64,000 bases of DNA. Source: Chamaesiphon sp. (GTDB lineage Bacteria; Cyanobacteriota; Cyanobacteriia; Cyanobacteriales; Chamaesiphonaceae). The DNA lies in NCBI GenBank assembly GCA_965246715.1, contig CBDFFH010000036.1, positions 64,001 through 128,000 on the forward strand. Direction: 5' to 3'. The notes beneath the pieces were generated by a model. It was given only the letters and a program-made list of their open reading frames with translations, did not search any database and was not told where the DNA came from. Made by a program: the position numbers and the translations under genes. Positions 34,863 through 45,008 of the stretch are shown piece after piece (the first letter of the stretch is position 1; every line of letters begins with the position of its first letter).

Positions 34863-35821
34863 ATGAACGACGCACGAATTCCCGAACCAATTTGCCCCTT
34901 ATTACAAGACTATCTGGAGCTGCTGAGCGATCGCGTGCCCGATCTCATCGCTGTCTGTTATTTGCATGGCTCGATTGCACTCGATGCTTTTAACGAACGG
35001 TTGAGCGATATCGATTTCGTTACTGTACTCCGGCAGCGTCCAACCTCTGAGCATCTGACACAGCTACACAAGTAATTCATCAGGCGTTGCTGAATTAATG
35101 TATGAAACGCACAAACAATTTTTGTAGGGGTAATGCCTCGTGCTTACCCCGCATCGATTCAGGGTACTCACAAGGGGCACCCCTACAAAAAATCATACCC
35201 ATATTCAGCAACGCCATTCATCAGACTATTACCACCAAGTATCCCCGCTGGAAATTAGATGGGAGTTACTTACAATGGCAAGATTTGGGACGTTTACCCG
35301 ATACTATTGCCCCCTCACCTTATGTTGCCGAAGGCATCTTTCACCCGCAGGGCTACAGAGATGTCAACTTGGTAACGTGGTGGATATTGAAGCACAAAGG
35401 TATTGTACTACTAGGATTGTCTCCTCGATCGCCTGCCTTTACTGTAAGCTGGGATGAACTAGTATCGCGAATGCACGACAACCTCAACAGTTATTGGCTC
35501 AGTTGGACGAGATCGCCAACCCGATTGCCACAACTATTGACCGATTACGGTATCCAGTGGTCTGTACTTGGGATCTCGCGGCTATGGTATACATTTTGCG
35601 AGGGCGATATTGTCTCCAAGACAGATGCTGGCAGATATGCGCTGAACCGTCTACCTGCGCGATGGCAGCCACTCATTCAAGCAGCCATCGATCTGCGAGA
35701 AAATCCCGATCGCAAGTACTACAAATCCCGAATTTGTCGAGCGGTTGATGCCGTACAGTTTTTACGCTACATCATCCGGCTGTGCGATCGGCAAATTCTG
35801 ACAAACTCTCGATCGTCTTAA
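34863..35821 (+). pseudogene. Aminoglycoside adenylyltransferase-like nucleotidyltransferase, interrupted by a MITE and frameshifted
   Basis: YLHGSIAL...SDIDF; C-terminal IVSKTDAGRYAL. Confidence 0.8.
35083..35215. mobile_element. 133-bp IS1-ended, REP-carrying MITE (copy 2)
   Basis: Perfect 13-bp IRs; 8-bp TSD ATTCATCA. Confidence 0.95.
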
Positions 35822-35831
35822 CCAGGAGAGT

Positions 35832-36329
35832 ATGACTATGCTCAGATTATGGCGTTTTATCGCGATCGTGTTGACTGCACTCAGCATGGGATTATCTTTT
35901 GCTCATTTACTCGAACTGCCACCCAAAATGCTATTTGATGGGCAATTGTGGGTGACGATAACTACTAAGGGTTTATATTACTTGTTTGGTTCGGTTGGCG
36001 CAGTCATCGAAGTTGGCTCGATTCTGACGGCGATCGTGTTGGCGTTCCTCTTGCGTGGGCGAGGTTTAGTTTTTGCTCTAACACTAGGCGGCGCAATCCT
36101 CTTAGCACTTGCACTCGCGCTCTGGTGCGGATCGATCGCACCAGTTAATGCCCAATTGGTGAAATGGACATCGACCTCGTTCCCGTCGGACTGGATGCAA
36201 TATCGCGATCGATGGGAGTATACACATGCAGTCAACGCCATCATTAAATTAGTTGCGTTCGGCTCACTCATATGCTCGATCCTGGTTGAGACACCTAGCA
36301 CCCTCACCCATCACTCCAACCGTAGCTAG
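35832..36329 (+). CDS. DUF1772/anthrone oxygenase-like membrane protein
   Basis: Four hydrophobic segments; PVN...PSDWMQYRDRWEYTH. Confidence 0.75.
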   Translation: MTMLRLWRFIAIVLTALSMGLSFAHLLELPPKMLFDGQLWVTITTKGLYYLFGSVGAVIEVGSILTAIVLAFLLRGRGLVFALTLGGAILLALALALWCGSIAPVNAQLVKWTSTSFPSDWMQYRDRWEYTHAVNAIIKLVAFGSLICSILVETPSTLTHHSNRS

Positions 36330-36352
36330 TCCGAATTGTCGATGTCTCCATT

Positions 36353-36397
36353 TTGACTTTCTGAGCGATCGCTCATATAATATGAGCATGTGTTCAT
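36353..36397 (+). promoter_or_regulatory. Sigma70-type promoter with tandem palindromic operator
   Basis: TTGACT-17 nt-TATAAT; TGAGCGATCGCTCA in the spacer and TGAGCATGTGTTCA downstream. Confidence 0.7.
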
Positions 36398-36429
36398 CGC
36401 TAAACTATCGCTCCAATTAGGAGGAAGTT

Positions 36430-38010
36430 ATGAACGATCGAGAAGGTGAATTTATGGGTGAAACCATCCAAACAGACGTAATAATTATCGGGGCGGGGCC
36501 GACTGGACTCGCGCTAGCTTGTCAGTTAGTCAGATCTGGAATCGATTTTGTAATTATCGATCGGAGTGCAGGAGTTACCGCCTATTCCAAAGCCCTTGGC
36601 GTTCACGCTCGCACGTTAGAGATCTACGAGCAAATGGGTTTGGCGCAACAGGCAGTCGATCGAGGCACGATCGCCGGGGCAGCGCGGCTGATAGTAGGCG
36701 GCAAAGTGCGAGCCGAACTCGATTTATCCAACCTCGGAGCGGGTTTGACGGCGTATCCATACGTGCTGTTTTGCGAGCAAAGCAAGAACGAGCAACTGCT
36801 GTATGAATATCTGCAACAGCATAATAAAACCGTGAGTTGGCAAACCGAACTCGCAAGTTTTTTGCAAACTGAGGAAAAAGTCACGGTGCAAGTAAAAACT
36901 GCTGACGGCAAATCTCAAACAATTGAAGCTCGATATCTGGTTGGTTGCGATGGCCCGAAAAGTCCGGTCAGACACGCACTAGGAATTGAATTTGCAGGTA
37001 GCACCTTCGATCGATTGTTTTATGTCGCTGACGTAAAGATCGATTGGAATCTACATCACGATGCCTTCCATGTTTGTCTATTACAGAATTCGTTACTGGT
37101 GTTCTTTCCGCTCAAAGGCGATCGCCGTTACCGGATTGTCGGCACGTTTCCTGAAGAATTTTCCAAGGACGAAGGCGAAGTTTTGTATGCCCAAATCGAA
37201 CGGCAAATTCAGGAAGAAGCAGGATTTGAACTCAACGTTCGCGATGTCGAATGGTTCTCGACTTACAGAGTCCATTCCCGCTACGTCAGTAACTTCTCGG
37301 TGGGAAGATGTTTTCTGGCGGGGGATGCCGCACACATTCATACACCCGTCGGCGCGCAAGGGATGAACACGGGGATTCAAGACGGCTATAATCTGGCTTG
37401 GAAACTGGCGATGGTATTGCAAGGCAAGGCGGACAAAACTTTGCTGGCAACTTATAACCAAGAACGGCTGGAAAACGCCAAACGACTGATAGAAACAACC
37501 GATCGGATGTTTCAGTTTGCCGCCGGATCGAACTGGCTGTTTGCTTTCTTTCGCACCCAGGTTTTACCCTCGATCGCACCCCATCTCATCGGCATTGAGC
37601 CAGTGAGAAAACTCCTGTTTCCGCTCATCTCGCAAATCGGTATTAACTATCGACACAGTGCGCTCAGTCAACATCCAGGCGACGATCGGTTCAAAGTCAA
37701 AGCTGGCGATCGAATGCCCTACTTTGTAGTAGATGGTCGGAGTATCCATAACAAATTACACCAACCGAAATTTCATTGGCTGGTGTTTGTGGATGCACGA
37801 GCCGATGTTCCAGCGTTGAAAACGGAACTCGCTTACCAAGATCCCGAAGTTGACTGTCACATCTTCCCACTCGACCCAGCGGTCGCAAAAGTCTTCGGCT
37901 CGATCGAGTCTTTCAACCTGCTGCTCAGACCGGATAACTATATTGCTTTCATTTCAACAGAGATCTCATCGAACCAAGTTAAAACTTATCTTCAAAAAAT
38001 CACCACCTAA
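36430..38010 (+). CDS. FAD-dependent monooxygenase (aromatic hydroxylase family)
   Basis: GAGPTG, GCDG and GDAAHIHTPVGAQGMNTGIQDGYNLAWKL motifs. Confidence 0.93.
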   Translation: MNDREGEFMGETIQTDVIIIGAGPTGLALACQLVRSGIDFVIIDRSAGVTAYSKALGVHARTLEIYEQMGLAQQAVDRGTIAGAARLIVGGKVRAELDLSNLGAGLTAYPYVLFCEQSKNEQLLYEYLQQHNKTVSWQTELASFLQTEEKVTVQVKTADGKSQTIEARYLVGCDGPKSPVRHALGIEFAGSTFDRLFYVADVKIDWNLHHDAFHVCLLQNSLLVFFPLKGDRRYRIVGTFPEEFSKDEGEVLYAQIERQIQEEAGFELNVRDVEWFSTYRVHSRYVSNFSVGRCFLAGDAAHIHTPVGAQGMNTGIQDGYNLAWKLAMVLQGKADKTLLATYNQERLENAKRLIETTDRMFQFAAGSNWLFAFFRTQVLPSIAPHLIGIEPVRKLLFPLISQIGINYRHSALSQHPGDDRFKVKAGDRMPYFVVDGRSIHNKLHQPKFHWLVFVDARADVPALKTELAYQDPEVDCHIFPLDPAVAKVFGSIESFNLLLRPDNYIAFISTEISSNQVKTYLQKITT

Positions 38011-38022
38011 ACGGAGCATATC

Positions 38023-38526
38023 ATGAACGAATTACAAGACATCCAGACTAAAACTCCAGCAAAAATCTCCGGCATCGACCATCTCACCCTACCCGTGCGC
38101 GATCTCGAACTTGCCGAGCGATTCTACACCCAAGTTTTGGGTGCCAAGGTGGTCTATCGCACCGATCGTTGGCATAGCCTCTCGGAACGAGAATCGCGCC
38201 GGATGCCCTTTATTGCCATTACGATCGGCGACAGTCCGTCGATCGATCTATTTCTGCAACCTTGGGGGCAGCCTCCGGCAAATCAACCCCATCCCCATCT
38301 AGCTTTTGCCGTCCGGGGGGAAGACTTACTAGATCTCAAGCAGCGGCTGATTGCCCATCAAATTCCAGTCGTTGGCCCGATCCAGTTTGGCCCGCCAGGA
38401 CATGGTTCGATCTATTTCCACGATCCGTCTGGCAACCATCTAGAATTGTGCGCCAGAGATTTTACAGGCGAAGTAAACTTAGAACCCTATGACATGGAAA
38501 AGTTATCCTATCAATGGCAGGGTTGA
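38023..38526 (+). CDS. VOC/glyoxalase-family protein
   Basis: IDHLTL...FYTQVLG...HLAF...YFHDPSGNHLE. Confidence 0.9.
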   Translation: MNELQDIQTKTPAKISGIDHLTLPVRDLELAERFYTQVLGAKVVYRTDRWHSLSERESRRMPFIAITIGDSPSIDLFLQPWGQPPANQPHPHLAFAVRGEDLLDLKQRLIAHQIPVVGPIQFGPPGHGSIYFHDPSGNHLELCARDFTGEVNLEPYDMEKLSYQWQG

Positions 38527-38540
38527 GAGCAGAGTAATTA

Positions 38541-39158
38541 ATGGCAACAACAAGACAGCGGCTGTTAGATGCAGCAGAGCGGGTGATTCGCACCAAAGGA
38601 TTGGCAGCAGCCTCGACTCGTGAAATTGCCCGTGAGGCGCGCTGTGCAGATGGTACGCTCTACAATCACTTCGCCGATCGTGCCGATTTATTTGTGACGA
38701 TCTTCTTAGATAAACTGATACCGGACTATTGGGACGCGCTCTCAAAATTGCCCTACCGGATTGGTGAGGGCACGGTACAAATTCACCTGGAGGAGTTAGC
38801 ACAGATTGCCCTGGCCTTTTATTACAAAGCTGGCCCATTGAGAGCGGCTCTGTTTGCGGAGCCGGAGCTACTCAAACGCTATCGGGACGCACTGAGATCG
38901 CAAGCTCACAGCCGCAAGCAGGAACATCCTGTCAATCTTCTGGCTGCTTACTTACGGGCGGAGCAACGGCTAGGTCGGATTTGCGATCGAGCAAACCCAG
39001 AGATCGCTGCTGAGGTTCTATTTGGTACCTGTGCCAATTATGCGCTCAGAAAGTGCTTTTTCGGTGAAACTCCCACCCCTGAAGAGGACGCTCGATTCGT
39101 GCTGGAACTGGTGCGATCGCTCATCGAAGGAGTATCCCCCCGCACGCCTGACTATTAA
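38541..39158 (+). CDS. TetR/AcrR-family regulator
   Basis: TREIAREARCADGTLYNHF HTH. Confidence 0.92.
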   Translation: MATTRQRLLDAAERVIRTKGLAAASTREIAREARCADGTLYNHFADRADLFVTIFLDKLIPDYWDALSKLPYRIGEGTVQIHLEELAQIALAFYYKAGPLRAALFAEPELLKRYRDALRSQAHSRKQEHPVNLLAAYLRAEQRLGRICDRANPEIAAEVLFGTCANYALRKCFFGETPTPEEDARFVLELVRSLIEGVSPRTPDY

Positions 39159-39361
39159 AATTTGAGACAGACGAGCGCGAGCGCAGTATCGTTACTGTCA
39201 AGCAATTCGTGAGAGACTTAGAGAGAAATTTGTTAATAGATCGAATAGTCAACCAAATTTTTGAGTTCGATCGTGGCTTAACTAGTGTTTTTTAAATTGG
39301 TAATATTCAACCATTGGATGAGTTAGTCGAGCGATAAACAAAGTAGAGAAATAATCCTAAA

Positions 39362-39817
39362 ATGGAAATTTGCCAAGTTACCCAAGCCGAGTTTCAAGAG
39401 TGGCTCGATTTAGCACTAGAGCTATGGCCGGATTATTCTGATGCCGAAATGGAAGTTAGTCTGCTCGATCTTCTGCATTCCGATCGAGAATCAGGCATTT
39501 TAGTTAGAGATGATAATGGCAAGGCAATTGCATTTATGAATCTGTCGCTACGCTCTGATTATGTGCCTGGTGCAAACCATCATCCCGTTGCTTATCTTGA
39601 AGGTATCTATGTTAAGCCCGAATATCGCAAACAAGGGGTAGGTAAAGCACTAATTGAGTATGCCGAGCGATGGGCATTAGATCGAGGGTGTACCGAATTA
39701 TCCTCCGATGCTTTAATCGAGAATACTACAAGTCATGATTTTCATGAGAAGATTGGCTTCCAAGAAGTAGAACGAACTGTGTTCTTTATTAAGTCACTAA
39801 CGAGGGAGAAAACATAA
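39362..39817 (+). CDS. Aminoglycoside 6'-N-acetyltransferase-like GNAT
   Basis: SLRSDYVPG...YLEGIYV...ELSSDALIENTTS..FHEKIGF. Confidence 0.8.
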   Translation: MEICQVTQAEFQEWLDLALELWPDYSDAEMEVSLLDLLHSDRESGILVRDDNGKAIAFMNLSLRSDYVPGANHHPVAYLEGIYVKPEYRKQGVGKALIEYAERWALDRGCTELSSDALIENTTSHDFHEKIGFQEVERTVFFIKSLTREKT

Positions 39818-40248
39818 TGACGATCGCACTTAAAATCCTTACTTATGAGGATCTAGATCTGCTCAAAAATGTCGATCCCGATGTGTTTGATAATGCAATT
39901 GACTTCCACCGAGCCGCAGAGTTTCTATCAGATCCGCGCCATCATTTAGTAGTTGCGATCGATGATAATCTCGTTATCGGTTTTGGATCGGCAGTTCATT
40001 ACGTTCATCCCGACAAGTCGCATCCAGAATTATGGATTAACGAGATTGGCGTAGCCGAAACTCATCGTCGGCAAGGAGTAGGCAAGCAGTTGATGAATGC
40101 TATATTTGATGCGGGGCGGGAGCTAGGCTGTACTGAAGCTTGGGTATTGACCGAGCGCGATAATACAGCCGCGATGAATCTGTATGCGGCGTTAGATAAT
40201 GCAGCAGAACCTACCGACAATGTAATGTTTTCGTTTCGTTTGGAGTGA
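39817..40248 (+). CDS. GNAT-family N-acetyltransferase
   Basis: INEIGVAETHRRQGVG motif A. Confidence 0.88.
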   Translation: MTIALKILTYEDLDLLKNVDPDVFDNAIDFHRAAEFLSDPRHHLVVAIDDNLVIGFGSAVHYVHPDKSHPELWINEIGVAETHRRQGVGKQLMNAIFDAGRELGCTEAWVLTERDNTAAMNLYAALDNAAEPTDNVMFSFRLE

Positions 40249-40589
40249 GCTAATTAACGATTGATTAAAATGTATTAACACAAGCATTTAACTATAATAG
40301 GCAGTGAAAGTTATGCTCGACCATACTGGCATAAATGTTAGTAATTTTGACAAAAGTAAAGAATTTTACACCAAGGTATTAGATCCGTAGTGAGATTGTC
40401 AGTACCACCCACAAAAACGATCGATTACAGGTAAAATATATACAGAGTAGTAGCTATAATTTGTTTTAGCGGTCGCTAGTATTGTCAATCATTTCAAAAT
40501 CTACGTAATATGGGAATACTAAAATAAGCGATCGACAAAATTCTTAGAACGTTGTATTTGCTACTCACTCTTTATCAAGGATAGAACCT

Positions 40590-42074
40590 ATGGCTTCATT
40601 CAACAAAGCAAAACTAACTTCCCGCTCTCAAGATTATGCAGCATGGTATCTTGATGTAGCAAAGAATGGCGATCTCTTTGAATACAGTCCCACGCCAGGC
40701 TGTATAACATTTTTGCCCAAATCAGTTGCTATTTGGGAGCGTTTCAAATTCCAAATTGATAGTAAATTAAAACGATTGGGTGTCCAAAATATTTTGTTAC
40801 CAACGTTGATTCCTATGTCATTTTTCGAGAAAGAGAAAAATCTCGTTGAGGGATTCTCCCCTGAACTGGCAGTGGTCACACATGGAGGAGGGAAAGAACT
40901 CGAAGAAAAATTAGCATTCCGTCCAACATCGGAGGTAATGTTCTGTGATTTCTTCCGTGGTCGTCTTCAAAGCTATCGAGATCTCCCCATCCTTTCTAAT
41001 CAGTGGTGTAATGTACTTCGCTGGGAAAAACGTACCCGTCCATTCTTACGTACTGCGGAGTTTCATTGGCAGGAAGGACACACGATTCACGAAACAACTG
41101 ATGAAGCTACAATATTTGCAGAAAAAATTCTACACGAAGTGTACATCCCGACAATCCGCGATCTCATGGCAATTGCTGGCGTGTCTGGTCGTAAATCAGA
41201 AAGTGAGAAGTTTCCTGGTGCAGATGTGACGATGACATATGAACCAATGATGTCCAATGGCTGGGCACTTCAGATGTGTACTTCCCATATCCTGGGGCGA
41301 GGTTTTATGAAGTCTTTCGATGTCAAATTTAGTGGTAGAGATGGTGTGGATACATTTCCTGCTTACACATCTTGGGGTCTTTCTACTCGAACTATTGGGG
41401 GTATGATCTCCTGTCATTCTGATGATAATGGACTTGTGATTCCACCTCTTTTAAGTGAATATCAGTCTGTTCTGCTTCCACTCTTTGGAAAAGACTCTCA
41501 GTTGGTTAAAGATTACACTGGCAAGGTTTTAGAAGCTCTGGGACATACTGCTGATGAACGAGTACCCGTGTCAGGGGCATCTTTCGTTGCCGTGATTGAA
41601 TCAGATTTAGCAACACTAATTGATGAGCGGGAAGCCCGTCTTGGAGAAAAGATCAAGGACTGGGAACTTTCAGGCTATCCCGTTCGCATCGAATATGGTG
41701 AGCGAGATGTCGCTGGTAATACCGTCGTTATCGCCTCCCGTATTACAAGTGAAAAACTGACAGTCCCATTACCAGAATTGAAGCTTGTACTGCATCGGAT
41801 GCTTGCAGATGGGCAAAGAGATCTTCTAAAGAGATCCGAAGATCGTCTACGCGAGAATACCGTCGCCTGTAACTCTCTAGATGATATTGTTAAAGCTATT
41901 GAGGCTGGAAAATTTGTATTGTACAACTGGGATCTTAATCCTCAGTTTGAAATTGACATTAAGGAAAGCTGTAAAGCAACAGTTCGTTGCCTTCCTTTTG
42001 AGGGACAATGGGTTGATGATATACTCAGTAGAGAACCCGGCAAGCAATTAGCATTAATTGCTCGTAATTTCTAA
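40590..42074 (+). CDS. proS: Proline--tRNA ligase, archaeal/eukaryote-like type
   Basis: RPTSE, RWEKRTRPFLRTAEFHWQEGHT and TSWGLSTR motifs; no INS editing domain; C-terminal KATVRCLPF domain. Confidence 0.92.
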   Translation: MASFNKAKLTSRSQDYAAWYLDVAKNGDLFEYSPTPGCITFLPKSVAIWERFKFQIDSKLKRLGVQNILLPTLIPMSFFEKEKNLVEGFSPELAVVTHGGGKELEEKLAFRPTSEVMFCDFFRGRLQSYRDLPILSNQWCNVLRWEKRTRPFLRTAEFHWQEGHTIHETTDEATIFAEKILHEVYIPTIRDLMAIAGVSGRKSESEKFPGADVTMTYEPMMSNGWALQMCTSHILGRGFMKSFDVKFSGRDGVDTFPAYTSWGLSTRTIGGMISCHSDDNGLVIPPLLSEYQSVLLPLFGKDSQLVKDYTGKVLEALGHTADERVPVSGASFVAVIESDLATLIDEREARLGEKIKDWELSGYPVRIEYGERDVAGNTVVIASRITSEKLTVPLPELKLVLHRMLADGQRDLLKRSEDRLRENTVACNSLDDIVKAIEAGKFVLYNWDLNPQFEIDIKESCKATVRCLPFEGQWVDDILSREPGKQLALIARNF

Positions 42075-42102
42075 ATGTATAAGAACAATGCCAGCCGTTT
42101 TA

Positions 42103-42396
42103 GGGGTCAAACGAGTATCCATACAGAAACTTACGTTAAGGCTGAGAACGTTACTGGGTAAAGATTTTAATTAGTAGTTTTTTTGTTCTGTTGAAGCTGG
42201 GGGAGTCAAAATTCTAGCCGTACCTATTAACCTTTAGGCTATTTGGTACTATAAATGAATACGGCATAGCAAAGGTTTCAGACTCCTAAAACTCAGATCC
42301 TTCAATTGGTACAGATTTCTTCATAGCGATCGGGGGCTTGAAAACAGATCTTCCAATCCTTAACATAAGTTTCTGCACGATTGCTCATTTCACCCC
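42103..42396. mobile_element. 294-bp Tn3-family miniature element, copy 1
   Basis: 39-bp IRs GGGGTCAAACGAG...CAGAAACTTACGTTAAGG; near-identical copy at 54093-54386. Confidence 0.9.
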
Positions 42397-42457
42397 ATTG
42401 TTGAAAGGCTTGCTCCGTAAGCATTTAAGCTGTGGGCAGTGCCCACCCTACAAAACT
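42397..42457. repeat. 61-bp direct repeat containing a GTAG-REP (second copy 43567-43627)
   Basis: ...GTGGGCAGTGCCCACCCTAC; related REPs near 43778 and at 49695-49714. Confidence 0.85.
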
Positions 42458-43521
42458 GAAGTTACTGCTAGTAGGGAATATCAAAACGATCCCTGTTGCT
42501 CCTTTTGATGATTCAGCTTCAATGTTGTTTGAGAACTTCCAATCCCAAGGCGTTAAGGTAGCCACGATGGATTTACGAATTGCGGCAATTGCCAGTTCGA
42601 GAAGGTTAATAGGCGTTGCTGGATTAAGATATGATTTGGCGATCGAGAGGTAATCTGTGCCGTCGATCGCCAGAACTAACTGAATTAGGAGTTGGTACTT
42701 CACCAAATTTAAGATAATGAATTAACAATCTAATAGAATGCTTTAGCATTTGTTCGCACTTAGAATAACATAATGTTTTTCTTTTTAATCGAGCTAAGTA
42801 ATGTCTGAGCCTAGTGTTTTCACCCTCAACTCTTGTCATATAAGTTTTACTCACGATTTGGTCACCATCTGGAATAAATATTGGATAGACCCTCCACCCA
42901 TCCGTCACATAAAAATAACATTTCCATGTACTTACCAAATTCTCCCATAGCGGTCTAAATGTCTTAGCACTGTGGTCGCCTAATACCCATCCTAAAATAC
43001 CCATCTGAAAGTGATTTACTGCCGTCCAGAGCCAGATCTTGTTTTTTTTGAGCCAACAAACGTCTCTAACTCATCCAACTCACCAACTTCTGGTATTTGG
43101 TCTGAATTATAGTAATCTGGGAGATTTGCCCCTACTTGCTTCACCCAATCCATGACAGTTGTATTATGCACACCCATTACTCTTTCTATTGCTCGAAATC
43201 CCATCCCATTAACATACATTGACAAACATTTCTGCTTGATTTGTGGTGAATATCCTCTGTGTGCTTCATAACAATCTATAAATTGCCGTCCGCAGTCTTT
43301 ACAAATATGGTTCTGCTTTCCCTTTATTCGCCCATTTTTATTGATATTGGACGATCTACATTCAGGACATTCCATTTAGATATTTGCTCTTGTTACTTCT
43401 CTCGATCGCCTTAGATCATATCCTAATCCAGCAACGCCGGTTAATATTATTAACTCGCAATCATCGAGATTTTGTCAAAGTTCCAGGATTAAAGATCGAA
43501 GATTGGACTCAGGAGATTTGA
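42458..43521 (+). pseudogene. PIN/VapC toxin remnant split by IS1
   Basis: TMDLRIAAIASSRRLI|LLTRNHRDFVKVPGLKIEDW. Confidence 0.85.
42612..43438 (-). mobile_element. IS1-family element (InsA 43016-43375, InsB 42624-43004)
   Basis: IRs GGCGTTGCTGGATTA; TSD GGTTAATA; A8C frameshift site; zinc ribbon; RLKRKTLCYSK. Confidence 0.95.
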
Positions 43522-43809
43522 TTTCTAGAGCTAAGATCTAGTCAGATTCGATCGAGGAAAGAGCAGATTGTTGAAAGGCTTGCTCCGTAAGCATTTAAGC
43601 TGTGGGCAGTGCCCACCCTACAAAACTACAAAACTAAATCGAGTAAATCAGCGGCTCGTTCGATCGATGTTAACTCTCAAACACTCATTAAATCGACGAT
43701 CTTAAACCTGCCACCCTCGATTACGTCCAAGCGATACTAATCGCTCAATCCCCTTCTTACTAGCAAGAATTTGAGCTGTGGGCATTGCTCACATACATCT
43801 TGCTTCATA

Positions 43810-44907
43810 TCAAATCTTACACTCAGATAAGTGATGATACAAGGTAGCTAATCCTAGTTCATTGTCTGGTGGGATAAAAAAGTCAACAAAATTTGGGTAA
43901 TACCCCGCTGGAAATAACTTGATAGATTCTTCATCGTTTGATTTGTCTATGTTTTTGAGCTTGTTAGTCCAAATTTGCTTTAAAAAGGCATCATATTTTT
44001 TAGAATTACGTTCATATCTTTCATAAATAGACATCCATATCTCTTTTTGAATGCTAAATCCAAATTGACCCCAACTATACTCAACCCACAAGCCATCTAT
44101 GGTGACTAGATCCGTACAAGGTATGTTGGCGAGTGTTTCGGGGGTGAGATAGTAAACACCTTCTCCCTGTAGATTAGCTATTAGCTCATGCGTTTTGTGT
44201 TGAGCAGCCTTCCATCTACACTCTGACAATAAATCTCTTAATATCGAGTAGTCAGTAGCAGTTTCAGATTTTAGTTCTACTTTATCCTTAGAGTGTATAG
44301 TGATTGGTGGTTCTGGTGTAGGGGGTTCTCCCTTTACTACAATATCGTACCAATCTAAGTCACCAACGGTACCATTTGGATAAATAGTATTAATAATAAT
44401 TACTTCACCTACATTCAGATCGTTTAGGTGTGCTTGGAAGAGAGTACATTCAGTGAGACTGCCAGACCAATCAGCTTCATTCCATTGAGATTTACTTAAA
44501 TTGCTTGAGTAAAAACCAGTAGAAATCATACAGATTTCAGTAAATTTTACTCGTTCTAAATTGCATCGATTGAAGGCTAAATCGTTTGCCCTGAAATCAA
44601 TAAAATTAGCATTTACAAATAATGAATTTGTAAAACTACTCTCCTCAATTTCACATTTAATAAAATTTGAATTATTGAAAATACAACTTTTGAACTCGGT
44701 TTCAGTAATAATTGTATTGCTGAAATCAGATTCATTGAAAATACAATTTTCAAATTCTGTACGATAAATATTGACATTGCTGAATTTTGCATTAGTAAAA
44801 TTTAGATCGCAAAAGTGCATTCCATCAAAATCGCTATCTGATACATTAATTTGTTGAAAGTCACACAAGCCATTATCTATTTGGCAATAAAATTCGTCTA
44901 GTCTCAT
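43810..44907 (-). CDS. Pentapeptide-repeat + GUN4-domain protein (candidate Rhs immunity protein)
   Basis: N-terminal pentapeptide repeats; DYSILRDLL...IPCTDLVTIDGLW..YS.GQFGFSIQKEIW; directly downstream of the Rhs tip. Confidence 0.8.
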   Translation of the reverse strand: MRLDEFYCQIDNGLCDFQQINVSDSDFDGMHFCDLNFTNAKFSNVNIYRTEFENCIFNESDFSNTIITETEFKSCIFNNSNFIKCEIEESSFTNSLFVNANFIDFRANDLAFNRCNLERVKFTEICMISTGFYSSNLSKSQWNEADWSGSLTECTLFQAHLNDLNVGEVIIINTIYPNGTVGDLDWYDIVVKGEPPTPEPPITIHSKDKVELKSETATDYSILRDLLSECRWKAAQHKTHELIANLQGEGVYYLTPETLANIPCTDLVTIDGLWVEYSWGQFGFSIQKEIWMSIYERYERNSKKYDAFLKQIWTNKLKNIDKSNDEESIKLFPAGYYPNFVDFFIPPDNELGLATLYHHLSECKI

Positions 44908-45008
44908 AATTTTATTTCTCTCAATCGATATCGTTTATTTTGACAATTTCAACTCTTCAACTCAGTTAGTGATATCTAGCTAATTAGTAATATCTAGCTA
45001 ATTGTATG

